A stretch of 56,654 nucleotides of DNA from Prorocentrum cordatum. Taxonomy: Eukaryota. Numbering within the stretch: position 1 is the first letter of the stretch; every line of letters begins with the position of its first letter. The stretch covers positions 62,001-118,654 of the forward strand of contig CAUYUJ010000076.1 of assembly GCA_963575745.1 (NCBI GenBank). The letters run 5' to 3'. Below are positions 1-42,795 of this stretch, one piece after another. The translations under genes were made by a program, and so were the position numbers. The notes below the pieces were generated by a model, which did not search any database, was not told where the DNA came from, and saw nothing but the letters and a program-made list of their open reading frames with translations.

Positions 1-1180
1 TGGGGGTCACTATCGTTTCGCCGACCCCTACAGTCGAAACGGTACCCAGCGATCCGACGCTCCAAAAAAAATTGGAGCGGGCGGTTCTTGGCCGTTTTCG
101 GCCTCTGGGGGCCCTCGCCGGGCCTCGGGAGCGTCAAAGAATTATTCAGGACGAAAAGCCAGCCTTGGGAAGATGTCCGGACCTCTGGGGCCTACGCATC
201 GAAAAATCGGAGCAGCCGGATGTCTGGGTTGTCAGGGTGGGCAATTTTCCCAAGGGTACCCTTGCATCCTTGCCTCCTCGGTCCATCTTTGACCACTTTC
301 GATGGCGCTTCAACACGGGCGTTCAAGGGACTTGCATGCTTATCGCGCATCCTTACTATAAGTATTGACTGCGTCCCTATCCCGTTCCCATCCAGACCTC
401 CACCATCTCATCCCCCCAGTTGCGGATATGCCCCTCGAAGCCCGAAGGAACGGACAACATCCCCATCCAGGGGGGTACATCGGCCAGTGGGGCCCAGGCC
501 GTGCCGTCAGGGGTAGGGGTCGGATAAGCGATGCTCAGGATGGGCGTGGGCCACATGGCCGACGTGGGCGTGACTGCCGCCGTCAGGAATCGAAGGGGAA
601 AAGTCTGAATAAGAACATGTCGCCGCGCCGTTTCTCCCGACGCGCGGCCTTGCGCCTCGGGGAACACCTCGGGCACCACAGACGCAGAGTCTGCCGCGGA
701 TTTGCCGCGGTGTCGGCTTCGTCTGCTTGGGCGCGCTCAGAACACATGGCGCAGCGACACATACTTACAGTCAAGACGCCGAGATAAGAAACCGCTTCAG
801 GTTCGGAAGGGGCCCGCTGTTCCCTGGGCCACTCCGTGGCTGTTCCTCCTGCCCTTTCCTCGTGCACCCAGGCCTTGGTGGTGCCCCACATGGGCCCCGC
901 TCCTTACCTAGCGTTCCTGATTGCAGCAGCTGGCTGTGCTCCTCTCGGAGGTGCCCGCAGATCTCCCCGCATCGGCGCGGGAGCCCCCCCCCTCGGCGCG
1001 TGGGCGGCGCCGGAGGCGCCGCCCGGGGGGGTCCAGCGCCGCTGCGAGGCGTGCGCGCGGACCTGCGAGGGCGTGTGGTTGTGCAGGCGCTGGTTCTCCC
1101 GAGGGCTATGATATCTATACGTGTATGTATATTCAATCAACCAATCAATCAATCAATCTATCTATCTATCTATCTATCTA

Positions 1181-1251
<71 letters not shown>

Positions 1252-1543
1252 GTATAAGTAAATGCGTATGCATGTATACATAAACACATATTTACATACG
1301 CACATCTATATACACATCTGTACATCTACATCTATCTATATTTCTACATGCATGTATATACACCTATGACATCAATACACACACGCGTAGATACTACACG
1401 CAGATTCGCTGGCCCAGGCCTGTCCGCTCCTGGGCCCAGGAGCGGTGGCTCTGTCACCCCGGCCACCTCAGGAGGGCGTCGTACCCCGCCGCGGGGCCCA
1501 GGAGGGGCCGCGCCTGCGTGGGGCACCGGGTACGCGTGCCGTG

Positions 1544-1907
1544 AACCCGCATAGGAGGGATGAGCGCCTTTCCAAGGGTTACCGTTAAGTCGGGCCTGTC
1601 CCCCTACAGGGGGACTTTCGACGGCAAATATAAGAATACCCCAGAAATAAGCAAAACATAGTCCAAAAATAGTCTGGGGACTATCTTTTTAGTATTTTCT
1701 GACCTTTTTGGAGTACTTGTGGGGTATTTTTCATTTCTCGTCGAAAATCCCCCCGTAGGGGGACAGGCCCGACTTAAGGTTACCCTTGCGTCCTTCCCCT
1801 TCGGCCCCTCGCTTGGCCGCTTTCGCCGGCCGCGCCCCGCCAGCAGAGCGTCGACGTGGCCTTCCGAGGCCCCTGCATCCTCGTCGTGCGTCCTTCTCAT
1901 GCAGGTT
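1544..1907. mobile_element. TIR element (AACCCGCAT..GAAGGATG / CGTCCTTCTC..GGTT) interrupted by hAT-like MITE
   Basis: Uninterrupted homologous copy at about 33360-33521 contains the empty site GGTTACCC. Confidence 0.7.
1585..1777. mobile_element. hAT-like MITE (8-bp TSD), copy
   Basis: TIR TTAAGTCGGGCCTGTCCCCCTAC...GTAGGGGGACAGGCCCGACTTAA; flanks GGTTACCG/GGTTACCC. Confidence 0.85.
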
Positions 1908-1969
1908 GGCTCTGCCCCCCCCCCCCCCTGGGCCTGGGGGGACGGGTCGCCACGAGTTGGAGCGTCCAA

Positions 1970-2314
1970 GATGGCCTCATCGAGAGAGAGCAGAGCTCAC
2001 GGCTTGTCCACGAGTTCTTGCGCGAAGCTCTGCCTGCAGACCCCGCCGCCCCGCCTCCGAGGAAGGTGCTGGGCGAGGTGGCCTCGCGCCTCGGGCCCGA
2101 GGCCGCCTCCGCCGAGACCCCGCCGGGCAGGAAGCGGCGGCGAGCGGCCGTCGCAGGCGGCGCCAGGCCCAAGCGCTCCGCGCCGGGGGGGGTGCGGGGC
2201 GCGGGCGAGGGCAAGGGCGAGAGGCAGCAGCAGCTCAGCTTCACCAAGCCCCTCCGGGCGTGCGCGGATGCTGGTGGGTGCATCGACGTGGACTCGGGGG
2301 ACGCGGCCGAATGA
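1970..2314 (+). CDS. Possible terminal exon of a gene starting upstream (unknown protein with basic NLS-like stretch)
   Basis: Non-repetitive GC3-rich frame DGLIEREQSSRLVHEFLREAL...GRKRRRA...QQQLSFTKP...DAAE* after a candidate AG; no recognised domain. Confidence 0.3.
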   Translation, partial: DGLIEREQSSRLVHEFLREALPADPAAPPPRKVLGEVASRLGPEAASAETPPGRKRRRAAVAGGARPKRSAPGGVRGAGEGKGERQQQLSFTKPLRACADAGGCIDVDSGDAAE

Positions 2315-2930
2315 GAAACAAGCGTCGAGGGCTCCGCCTGCCTCCTTTCCATCTCTCATCTTCCTCTCCTTCTCCTCCAGGGGATTTTGCAGACGCGCGC
2401 AAGGCACCAGTCTAGGTGTGTTGACGTTGACCCCCTTATGCGGATGTCCTGTCCTGTCCTGTCCTCCTCGTCCTTTGCGCGACCCCAGTCGCCGCGGGAA
2501 GTGTCGTCGGAAGTGTCTCCTCCTCGTCCTCTTCAGGTGACGTTTACTCGGCCTTGATGGATAGTTGCCCTGAAGAGCAGCAGGTTTCCCTTGCCCCTGG
2601 ACGGGCTTTCTTTCGTCCCTGGTCTTGGCCGCCTGCGTCTCCTTCTTTTTGGGCCCAGCGTGCTCCTCCTCCTCCTCCTCCTTCTCCTCCTCCTCCTCCT
2701 CCTCCTCCATCTCCTCCTCTTCTTCCTCCTTCTCCTCCTCTTCCCTTTTCTCCTCGTCAGCCGCCTCCAGCGTGGGCTCTTCAGCGCATCTCGGAGGTTC
2801 ATCGTGCCAGACGTCAGCAGTGCGACCGACATGACTGGCCTGGCCTGCTCGTGCGCACCGCTTGGCACAATTGCACGAGGTGCTGGCGCCCGCATTTTGC
2901 CCCCACACTGGCAGGCTTCCATGGTTGCTC

Positions 2931-3058
2931 CTGGCATCGCTCGGACGTGTGCATTTTTTCTCGGCGAGGACCATCGAGGAGCATCCTTGATTATTTCGCG
3001 AAAAAGCCACGCACTAAACCGAAAAAACACAGGGAATGGACGTCCGAGCGATGGCCAG
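2931..3058. mobile_element. MITE family with TIR TGG(C)CATCGCTCGGACGT
   Basis: Near-identical copies at about 2931-3058, 23016-23144 and 27386-27515, plus an internally deleted copy at about 31122-31220. Confidence 0.82.
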
Positions 3059-3289
3059 TGCTTCGCATTGTAATGCTTGTCTTTTTCGCCCTTGCACTTT
3101 GTGCTCCTCGTCGTCTCCTAGCCAGCTGCCCTCGGCAAGTCCCGCCACCGTGCCAGCCCAGCACCGGAAGGCGACTGTTCGAGGAGCGCACAGGGAAGCG
3201 TCACGTGTGACACCTCGTTGGACGAGGCCTGGGAGAGCCTAAACATGTGACATGCTCTTCCACTTCGTGTCGGGTGTCTCCCATCGTGT

Positions 3290-3347
<58 letters not shown>

Positions 3348-3364
3348 AGCCGCCGTCGTCTCCT

Positions 3365-3965
3365 TGAGGCCTCTTGAGGGGGGCTCTTGGAGGTTTCTTG
3401 GGGGCGTCGTGGGGGCCTCTTGGTGCCTCTTGAGAGCTTTCGGGCCGTCTCAGGGCGCTCTTGGGCCGTCTTAGGGTGCTCTTGGGCAGTCTGGCGCCTT
3501 CGGGGTCCGTCTTGGGGGCCTCTTTTGGCTGTCTTCGGGACCTTTTGGGGCCCTTAGCGGTCGTCTTGGGGGTCTCTTCGGCCGTCCTGGGGTCTTCTTG
3601 GGCCGTCCTGGAGGCCTCTTGGGCCATCTTGAGGGCCTCTTGGGCCATCCTGAGGCCGTCTTGGGCCGTCTTGGGGCAATACGGTAGGCCTCTTGGGTTG
3701 TCTTTGGCTAATAGAAGCCCGAGACGGTGAGAAGGCACGAATCATGTAACCACATCAGGGACATCAGTGATTTTGGCCTCTTCGGGCCCTCCTGGGGTTC
3801 CTCTTGACGCCCTCTTGGGCCGTCTTGGGGGCCTCTTGGGATGTCTTGCTGTCATCTTCGGATGTCTTGGGGCCATCTTGGTCCGTCTTGCAGACACCTT
3901 GGGCTTCTGGGCGGCTGTCGGGCCATCCTGGCGACTGGGGTGGCTTTCCTCGGCCGTCTTGGGAG
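3365..3965. repeat. Degenerate ~11-bp tandem repeat element (GGCCGTCTTGG-like)
   Basis: Periodic (G/T)CTTGGG(G/C)C units; a reverse-complement copy lies at about 40050-40620. Confidence 0.8.
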
Positions 3966-4278
3966 CGTCGCAAGCTTTGGAGAGGCTGCGTGCTCACTCT
4001 CTGCTCGTCGTCCTCCTATTCCTTCTTGCTGTTTCGGCAGGACGGTGTCAGTTCCGAGGGCTCCGACAGACCTCACACCTAGGTAACAGTCGGGGCCCCT
4101 CCACTTGGCCCTCTGACGAGTGGGTCTCCAGAAGGTCGCAGTCAAGCAACAATCCGGCCGAAACGGCTTTGATCCTGGGCCTCATCGGGAGAGATCCGGC
4201 TTGATGGCCCTCCACTCGAGCTTGAGAGCCCCCAGTCGTTCTCGCGACGAATCTCCCAGGATCTGCCTCCCAACAAGT

Positions 4279-4299
4279 CGGTAGCCATTTTGGTTCAGG
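4279..4299 (+). other. Relict dinoflagellate spliced leader (DinoSL)
   Basis: CGGTAGCCATTTTGGTTCAGG vs DinoSL CCGTAGCCATTTTGGCTCAAG, 18/21 identical; about 150 nt upstream of the intronless HNH ORF. Confidence 0.75.
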
Positions 4300-4452
4300 G
4301 CCGCTTCGCTCAACCACGAGTGCTCCAGGGATTCTTTTCTCAAGCGATTTTGGGGTGGACCTTCCACGCTGGAGCTCACCACATGCCTCGATGAAGGGCG
4401 GCCGAGTCAGGGGCAGCGCTGGAGGCAGCATAGCAGTACACTGTTTACCGCC

Positions 4453-5616
4453 ATGTTGAAGAGTGCACACTGTGCACACATCATAGGCTGTCTTCGCATC
4501 TTTCAAGCATCACGGCTGCACTGCTCGCGCACAGTCGCGGATTATCCTACGCAGCGCGGTCTTTGTTCCGATGGGGTTCCTGCGGTGAGCTCTCGCGGTC
4601 GGATAAAGTCTAGATCTGGGAAGATATCGTATGGCTATATCGCAGCAGATGGATATTGTGTGACTGCGGTCGGGGGAAAGATGGCCCTGGTTCATCGCTT
4701 GGTGGCCCGTGCATTCCATGGCCCACCACCCACAATCCAACACTGCGATGTGCACCACATTGACGGCGTTCGCAGCAACAACGACTTGCAAAATTTGGAG
4801 TATGCGACCCGCAGCCAGAATATTTGGTTCTCCTGGCGGAACAACCCCAATCGGGGCAGTTCTGCAAGTGCTCTTTCAATGCCAGTTAGGGGTAGACCAC
4901 TTGGAGTTGAAATGTGGCGCCATTTCAAGTCCATGCGAGAAGCAGAGCGGATGACAGGAGCGCCCAACGTTGGACTTTGTTGCGCTGGGGCGTGCAGGCA
5001 ATCTGGAGGTTGGGAGTTCCAGCGCGTTGAGTCCACTGGTATCCACGCCCTACAGGGAGAGCAGTGGGCAGACGCGCTTCATCCAGACACTGGAGTTCTT
5101 CTGCTGGGTTGGGAGATCAGCTCATTCGGGCGAGTACGTTCATCGCGTGGCCACGTCTCTTGGGGCACTTTGTCTGCATCCGGTTACCGTTCCGTCGGGG
5201 TTTCAGTAGAGGGCCACACGAAACGATTGATGGTCCATCGAATTGTCGCGCGCTCGTTCCTGAAACCAGGGCCCCCCTTAGGCAACTGGGTAGTCAATCA
5301 TAAAGACGGTGACCCGAACAATAATCGTATGGATAATTTAGAGTATGCGACGCATTCCGAGAACTTACTCCATTCGTATATGACCAATCGGAGACGGCGG
5401 AGCAACCGCGATGCGCTTGCAAAGCCTATCTGGGGGCGACCGGTTGGAGGTGAATTTTGGCAGAGGTATTCTTCCGGAGTGGACGCTGCCAAGCTTTTGG
5501 GTCTCTCGCCAAGTGCAATTTCAAGTTGTTGTAGGGGCCAGTGCCTCCAAACAAAAGGATTCGAATTTAAGTTTGCAGCTCCAGCTATCCCTGATGTGCT
5601 CGAGGGCGAGGAGTAG
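4453..5616 (+). CDS. Intronless tandem HNH endonuclease, two NUMOD4-like/HNH/NUMOD1(IENR1)-like units
   Basis: Unit 1: VSSRGRIKS...VHRLVARAF...VHHIDGVRSNNDLQNLEYATRSQN...FKSMREAERMTG..CC. Unit 2: GEQW...ISSFGRVRS...VHRIVARSF...VNHKDGDPNNNRMDNLEYATHSENLLH...YSSGVDAAKLLGLSPSAISSCC. Ends GEE*, where TAG aligns with the Trp of GEQW. Confidence 0.9.
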   Translation: MLKSAHCAHIIGCLRIFQASRLHCSRTVADYPTQRGLCSDGVPAVSSRGRIKSRSGKISYGYIAADGYCVTAVGGKMALVHRLVARAFHGPPPTIQHCDVHHIDGVRSNNDLQNLEYATRSQNIWFSWRNNPNRGSSASALSMPVRGRPLGVEMWRHFKSMREAERMTGAPNVGLCCAGACRQSGGWEFQRVESTGIHALQGEQWADALHPDTGVLLLGWEISSFGRVRSSRGHVSWGTLSASGYRSVGVSVEGHTKRLMVHRIVARSFLKPGPPLGNWVVNHKDGDPNNNRMDNLEYATHSENLLHSYMTNRRRRSNRDALAKPIWGRPVGGEFWQRYSSGVDAAKLLGLSPSAISSCCRGQCLQTKGFEFKFAAPAIPDVLEGEE

Positions 5617-5732
5617 AGAGTCCTACCATCGGCGTGCTAGCCAAGACACCATCGGGGCTTTAGTGTGTGACGAACAAAAGGCTGCCTCCCCACAAGCGAG
5701 GGGTGGCGGAGGAGCGCCGCGCCCCCGCGCAG

Positions 5733-19990
<14,258 letters not shown>

Positions 19991-21199
19991 CGCCCTTTCC
20001 CTGCCTCCCCCTCCTCCTGCCCATTCTCCTCCTCCTCCCCCTTCTCCTCCTCCTCCTCTCCTCCGCTCTCCTCCTCCTCCTCCTCCCTCCCTCCTCCTCC
20101 CCCTCCTTCTCTCCTCCTCCTCCTCTCTTCCTCCTCCGTCCTCCTCCTCCTCCTCCTCCTCCTCCTCCTCCTCCTCCTGTCTTCCTCCTCCTGTCTTCCT
20201 CCGCCGTGCCCTGTCCCGCCCCTCTTCTGGGGCTCTTCTGCCGGCCCGCGCTGGAGTCACGGCGTCGAGGCGCGGTCCGCTCTGGTTTCGGAGGCTGCTC
20301 GGTATGCCCTGGGCCCTTCCACCGGGCTTCCTGCTGCGGGCAATGTCTGCATCCACAGCCAGGGCGTCCTGGAGTCTCGTGCTCTCTTCTCCAGAAACAG
20401 GGGGCGCACTAGATGGGGATTCAAAGCCAGTGCGATCGGCCTCGGCTCGGTTTGTATCCATAGCCAGTGCGCCTCGGCCTTGCGGCGCCCCCTCCAAGGA
20501 AGTCCAATACGCACTGGGTATGGATATGAGTATTGCCCGCATCCGTTGGCGCTTTCCTTGCCTCAACCTCAAGCCCCAAGCGAGGCCCAACAGGGAGCGT
20601 TTTTGTTCCGTAAAGTCGGGACGAGGTATAAGGTCGAGGTGGGTTCGGGGAGGGCGCCCTAGTGTTCTTCGTGTTTGTTTCCGGATGTTCCTGCGCATCC
20701 TGGGGAGGGTACCCTCGAGTGCTCTTCGGTCTTGGCCGGCAGAGGGTCTCATGTTCTTGAGGGATGGTCTTCTGGCCCAGGTCCGGCTGTACCCGAGGCT
20801 CCCTGTGGCTGACTTTGGATTCCCAAATTGCGACGTCGACGCTTCTGGGCCCGGGGCTCGTGGAGGTGGCCCCACGCGCTGCTCTGTCGGTTGGCCGCGC
20901 CTCGTCCGCCCCAAGCCTCGGGGGCTGCGCCCTGAGCCTCGGGGGTTGCGGGCTGCCCCCGAAAACTCATGGGCTGCTCCCCGATCCTTCATGGCTGCAC
21001 CCCGACGTTGACATTTCTTGGTCCAGGGCTTCTGGAGGCGGCCACACGCCCAGACCCCCGACGTCACGTTTTTTTTGTTGTTTGTTTGTCTTTTTTTGTA
21101 TCATTCATTCTAAATTTATGTATGTATGTGTGTGTGTATATATATATATATATGTTTAAACCTTTTTTTTTGCTGTTTTTTCACGAAAGCGTGGGCCCT

Positions 21200-21570
21200 C
21201 AGCAATCTGGACCTTTTCCCCAGGACCGGTTTTTCATCCACAATCGTTTCTTTGACGGTCCCAGGGCCCGGCAAGGACCCCCTGAGGCCGAAATAGGGAA
21301 CGCATTTCGTCGTTTTTTTTCACAGCGCGAGGGGGCCAGGGTCCATGCAAATACAGCCAAGACGCTGGAATCAGGACCAGTTCGGGCTCGGAGGGGCTCG
21401 CTGTTCCGTAGGTCCTTCTGTGGCTGTTCATGTATCCCTCCTCGTGCACCTGGACGCCTCTGGGGCCAAAAGGATGCTCCGTTCCTTGTTTAGCGTTCCT
21501 TCTGGCAGTGCCATGATTGTAAACTTGCCAGAGGCCGAGGTGGTCTGCTCCTTCGGCTGGCCACGCCTCA
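21200..21570. repeat. Dispersed repeat family
   Basis: Homologous copy at about 25525-25880; partial copies at about 740-900, and inverted at about 23400-23540 and 8990-9075. Confidence 0.7.
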
Positions 21571-22707
21571 CCTCATGATGTTCCAACCTATTTTAGCCTT
21601 GGCCACCAGAAAGCACGTCGAGCACTCAGAAACCACCGAAACCGGAGGACTCTCTCACGCGTCGGGCCCAAGGAGGCGATCCTCGTTCGACACTGTATCG
21701 ATTCCGTTCTGGGTGCTCGAAACTGTTTCTGGGAGGTGGTCCTTAAGTACACACTGTTCATTTCTAATCATTCGGAAGTTCTTTGATTTTTTTGGGGGCC
21801 AAGACCTTTTCATTTCTAATTGTTCTATCCTGGGCCGCTTCCCGGCCACTTGGGGGGCCAGGACCAATTAGCAACGAGCACACTTAGAAATGAGCACGAT
21901 TCGAAAGGAACGACGTGTACCCATACAGCTGGCCTTTTTTCGTTTTCCCCCTCCTGGGCCTCCTGGGAGGCCCTCGGCGCCACCGTCGGACTCGCCTCGA
22001 GATCCTGGCCACGACGCGGCCCGGGCGAGGCCCGGGGGAGCCGCGGCATATCGGCACCTCCTTGGCTTCCCCCGCCATCGGGCCCCGGGGGCCGTCCGCA
22101 TCGGACCCGGGAGGGGCAGAGCTCCCTGGGGGGCAGGAGTCGGGACCTTTGATGTTTGTATGTGTGTAGCTATCTCTTTCTCGTATTTATACATTACATT
22201 TCGGATTCGTACTATTCCTCTTCTTCTTCCTCTTCTTCTTCTTCTTCTTCGAGGCGCAGGGCGCCTGGGAGGGAATCTGCTGCCCCCCCCCGCTCGGCGG
22301 TGCATGCGCCGTGGTGGCGGGGGGGGGGCTTCCGAGAAGGTGGGAGGGGCCTCGCCGAAGGCTGGCCCCCCCTCGGCTGGGGGTGCATCGACCTGGCCTT
22401 GGGTGCGGGATCCTGCAGGATCCCACAGGATCCTGCAACGCCTCCAGCAGGATGTTATGTTTTTCGTTCCTGGATGCGTTTTTGTTTGTTTTTGCTTTTT
22501 GGTTTGGTCGTTTTCGGTCTACAGAACACATCCAGGAATGGTTCCTTGGATCCTGGACGAGGGGTTCGCTCAAAAAAGAAAAACTTCCAGGAGGACTGGC
22601 CTGGGTCGGCACTGACCCGGGTCCGCGCGTCCCCGGCCCCCTGCCTTCTCAGGAGCTCTCCAGGCGCCTGGGGAGTCGAATCCGTCCCCTTCGCGCCGCC
22701 ATCCTCA

Positions 22708-22752
<45 letters not shown>

Positions 22753-22754
22753 GT

Positions 22755-22810
<56 letters not shown>

Positions 22811-22888
22811 GGTCGTCGTCGGCGTCGTCGGCGTCGTCGGCGTCCTCGGCGTCCTCGGCGTCTCCGCTCCCGCAGCCGCCGTGGCCCG

Positions 22889-22948
22889 ATGGCCGCCGAC
22901 CTGGCGGCGCTCGCCGCCCCGCCCCGCCTCGCCCCCCGCCCCCCGCGG
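22889..22948 (+). CDS. Candidate first exon of the CrtI-like gene (MAADLAALAAPPRLAPRPPR)
   Basis: ATG after a (GTC)n tract; phase-0 GT donor compatible with exon 26220. Not proven. Confidence 0.3.
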
Positions 22949-24278
22949 GTGGCCCCGAGCATGCTCCGGGTGGCCGGGCCGGTGGAACGCCCCGAGGTTC
23001 AGGGAGCTTTCAGCTTGGCATCGCTCGGACGTGTGCGTTTTTCCTTCGGCGAGGACCATCGAGGAGCATCCTTGATAATTTCGCGAAAAAACAACGCACG
23101 AAACCGAAAAAAGCACAGGAAATGGACGTCCGAGCGATGGCCAGGGTTCGGGAGCCTTCAGAGACGGGGGTCGAAGCCAACGGGGGTCGAAGCCAGAGCG
23201 CCAGATCTTGCAGGATCCTGCAGGGCCAGGGGCGCATTGCCCCGGGTTCGGGTGCAGGAGCTTGCAGGATCCTGCAAAGGATGTTGCAGGATGCTGCAAG
23301 GCCCGACGGACCCGGGTTTGGATTGACCCGGGTCAGCAGATCCCCGAGAGGTTGCCAGAGGGCAAGGAGGAGCAAGCTTCGCCGTGGGGGGTCGGTCCTG
23401 AGGGAGACGGGTCCTGAGTTTTTTTCGCCGTTTTCGGGCTCTCGGGGCCCTCCACTGGGCCCCGGGACCGTCAGAAAACGACTCGGGATGAGAAAACTCC
23501 TCCGTGGGGAAGGCCCCAGGGTCCAGGACCCGTTTCCCACAGGACCTGTTCCCCCATGCTAAACGCTGTATAGGCATGCAGTCGAGCATCTGATTCAGGG
23601 ATCGCCTCCTTCACAAAAAGGGGCCAGCGTTTCTCAGCAAATTTGCTTCAGAGCTGGCCCATTTTCTGGAGTACGTTTTCGCCCCTCCAGCGTTGACAAC
23701 AGAGAAAGGCCCAGGCTTGGTTTCAGAAACTTCCAGGAAGCTGGCCCAGATTTCTTGATTGGTAAGTTTCTTGATCAGGTTTCTGGCTGTACTGTGGAGG
23801 CGTTGGTTCAGGAATGTGCGCAGAAGGCTTCAGGCTCTGGAGGCTTCCCTATCTGATGAGGGCGGCGGTGATATCCGTGGCCGGTCCACGATTGTAGTTC
23901 CACCAGCTTCCATATTTTGGATTCATTATCTTATTACAGAATCCGTAACTGAAATTGTCAGAGGTCCGCCCGGACTTCTTGGATCTGCGCTGGGCCCCGC
24001 TGGCGGTGCCCCCGGCGCCCACGGCGCGCTCCGCTCGCCAGGGACAGGGACGGGGGTGGTCCAGCGCCGATCCCAGCAATCCGCGCGGACCTTCGAACGT
24101 TTTGGGGTACGGCAGGTTCGGGTCGCGTCGACGCGGCGGCTTCACACCACCACCACCAGGCTCGAGGAACAAAAAGCAGCATGAGCACAAACTCGTGGCT
24201 CCGCGCGGGCTTCCTGGAACGGCGCGGGACCCCCCCTCCTGGCGCGCGGAGCGCGCCAGCCGGGAGTCGCCGCCAGGG

Positions 24279-24434
24279 TTAAGTCGGGCCTGTCAATCTA
24301 CAAGGGGATTTTGGACGAAAACTAGAACAGAGTCAAACAATACCCCATAATGTTCAAAAATATGCAAAAAATCGTCCCCTGGCTATTCTGACAATTTTGA
24401 ATTTTCCTCCTGTAGAGGGACAGGCCCGACTTAA
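24279..24434. mobile_element. hAT-like MITE (8-bp TSD), copy
   Basis: Same TIR; perfect TSD CGCCAGGG at 24271-24278 and 24435-24442. Confidence 0.9.
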
Positions 24435-24540
24435 CGCCAGGGGTGCCCCGCGCCGATCCAAGAAGTCCGCGCGGACCTCCAGAAGTCTATGCATATACCG
24501 TCTCGTGCTCCTCGACGGGCCCCGGTGCCCAGTGGTGGCG

Positions 24541-24705
24541 TTCAGTCAGGCATGTCCTTCTACAGGGGGAATCTTCAAAAATACGAAAAAAATAGTGTAT
24601 GATCACGATTTCGTTCTCTCATTTTTAACATTTTCTAAAAGCATTTTTGGGGTATCTTTTCTTAGTCGTCCCAAATCCGGCTGTAGGAGGACACGCCCGA
24701 CCTAA
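24541..24705. mobile_element. hAT-like MITE (8-bp TSD), copy
   Basis: Diverged TIR; perfect TSD TGGTGGCG at 24533-24540 and 24706-24713. Confidence 0.88.
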
Positions 24706-24818
24706 TGGTGGCGTGTGCTTCCCATCGCCCTTCCTTCCCTGAGGTCCCAGCGTTGGCCTTTTTTTCCAGCTGGCGTTTTCGCCCAGTTTCGGGCCCTGTG
24801 GGACCCTCCCAGATCTTC

Positions 24819-25068
24819 AGGCCTCCTAGATGGGGTCGGAGTGGATGAGGTCGGAGGATCGCGCCGCATTGCCGATGCATCGGCGATGCATCGGCGATGC
24901 GGCTCGATGTGGGGCCCAATTTTCTCCACGCCGACGTCGCGGATGTACCGCCGACGTTGCCAGTGCATGGCCGATGCATCGCCGATGCATCGGCGATGCT
25001 TCGCCGATGTATCGGCGATGCGACGAGATCCTCCGACCTCATCTACTCGGACCCCATCTGGGAGGCTT
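24819..25068. mobile_element. Palindromic MITE with internal GCATCG(C/G)CGAT repeats
   Basis: TIR GCCTCCTAGATGGGGTCGGAGTGGATGAGGTCGGAGGATC; second copy at about 52893-53320 with its right TIR interrupted. Confidence 0.82.
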
Positions 25069-26219
25069 AGAGATGACGCAGGAAGATGGGATCTGGGACT
25101 CCAGTCGTGATTTTTCGCGATGTTGATTTTCTTGTGCAATGCCAGATCTGATGGTTCCCCAAGGTCCAACGTTGCGCACAACTATTGCGACATCGCCAGG
25201 AGTCACGACTGGAGCCCCAGACCCTGTCTTTCTGCGGCTTTTTTTCAAGCTGGACTCATCTTTGATGGTCCCAGGGCCCGAACCCGGGCGAAAACGCCCG
25301 GATCTCAGGGATCGCCCTAGAGGGCGTATTTTTTAGATTCAGGCGAGTTTGCTTGCATGGCATTCCCCCCCCTTTCCGCCGCCTTTTCAGGCAATGTTGG
25401 GCCGAAGAGGCGTGCAAGTGAGTCCCAGCTTGCGTGAAGTCTAGATTCCCTTTCGGGCCTCGCCACGCCTCCCCCCCCCCCTCCCTCCCCAGACTCCCGA
25501 CGTCGTGTTGTTTCGCACCGCCGACCCCCAGAGGTCTGGACCCCTTCCCCGGGACCGGTTCTTCATGCCGAGTTGTTTTTTGGCGGTCCCGAGGCCCGGT
25601 AAGGGCCCGTGGAGGCCGAAAATAAAGAACAAAAACTATCGTCGTGTTTTTTTGCACAGGGCGAGGGGGCCTGGGTCCACGCAAGCACAACCAAGACGCT
25701 AATTCAAATGAGGCCCAATTCGGGTTCGGAAGGGGCCCGCTGTTCCGCAGGTCCTTCCGTGGTTGTTCCTCTATCTCTCCTCGTGCGCCTAAGCGCCCCT
25801 GGGGCCAGAGCGAGGCTGCGTTCCTTCTTTAGCCTTTCTTCGGGCAGCTCCGTGACTGTAGACTTGTCAGCGGCCGACTAGTCAAACAACCGCCCGTCGT
25901 GATTTTTTTTCACAGCGCGAGGGGCTCTGGATCCATGCGGGCAAACTTCGGAAACTGGGACATATACCTTACGAGTGGCTGGCTGTTTTTCAATTCCAGG
26001 ACTATTTTGAGGATCGAGGATGACGCTGAGGTGGTGTGGTGTATATTTTTTTCCCCGATGTCCCGTGGAAACAACAAAACATGTATACACCAGGGTCCCG
26101 TATACACCAGAATCCGCTCTCCAGTGCAATTTCCAATGCAGGGCAGGAAGAAGCGTCGGTGTATAGAGTTCGATTCCCTAAAACTTGCCCAGAAGCTGCC
26201 GAAAATCTGCCTCCTCGAG

Positions 26220-42355
<16,136 letters not shown>

Positions 42356-42385
42356 GCCGAATCTTCTCCCGGGCGCCCGCTCACC

Positions 42386-42544
42386 TCAAGTCGGGCATGC
42401 CCCTCTACAGGAGGCATATGAAAGAATTGTGAAAAAATAGTCGGGGGACGATTTTTCGACCATTTTCGATCATTCGTGCATATTTTTGAACTATTTTTAT
42501 TGTTTCCTCCGAAGCCCACCTGTAGGGGGACCTGCCCGACCTAG
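42386..42544. mobile_element. hAT-like MITE, copy just after the crtI stop
   Basis: TCAAGTCGGGCATGCCCCTCTACAGG...CCTGTAGGGGGACCTGCCCGACCTAG; degenerate TSD (6/8). Confidence 0.8.
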
Positions 42545-42624
42545 CACTCCCCCCCTCTGCTCGCGCTGGGCGCTCGGCGCCCGGGGCGATCACGTTTTTT
42601 TTTCCCCTCGAAGGAGAACATCGG

Positions 42625-42795
42625 CACAAAAACATCAACTTTTGGCGCTCCGCGCGGATTGCTTGGATCCGCGCTGGGCCCCCCTGGCGGCGCCTCCGGC
42701 GCCGCCCCTGGCGTGCTCCGCGCGCCAGGGAGGGGGGGGTCCAGCGCGGATCCGGAAATCCGCGCGGAGCGCCAAAAGCTCATGCTTGTGCCGCT
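42625..42795. mobile_element. MITE family (TTTTGGCGCTCCGCGCGGATT TIR)
   Basis: Copies at about 23964-24100, 24180-24485, 28135-28235, 42625-42795 and 52222-52385; degenerate copy near 960-1070. Confidence 0.78.

Noticed and set aside
960..1111. Zinc-finger-like CEAC..WLCRR peptide
   Set aside because: The DNA matches the GGTCCAGCGC..CGCGCGGA MITE family.
1585..1777. piggyBac assignment from TTAA ends
   Set aside because: TTAA is part of the TIR; the true duplications are 8 bp outside it.
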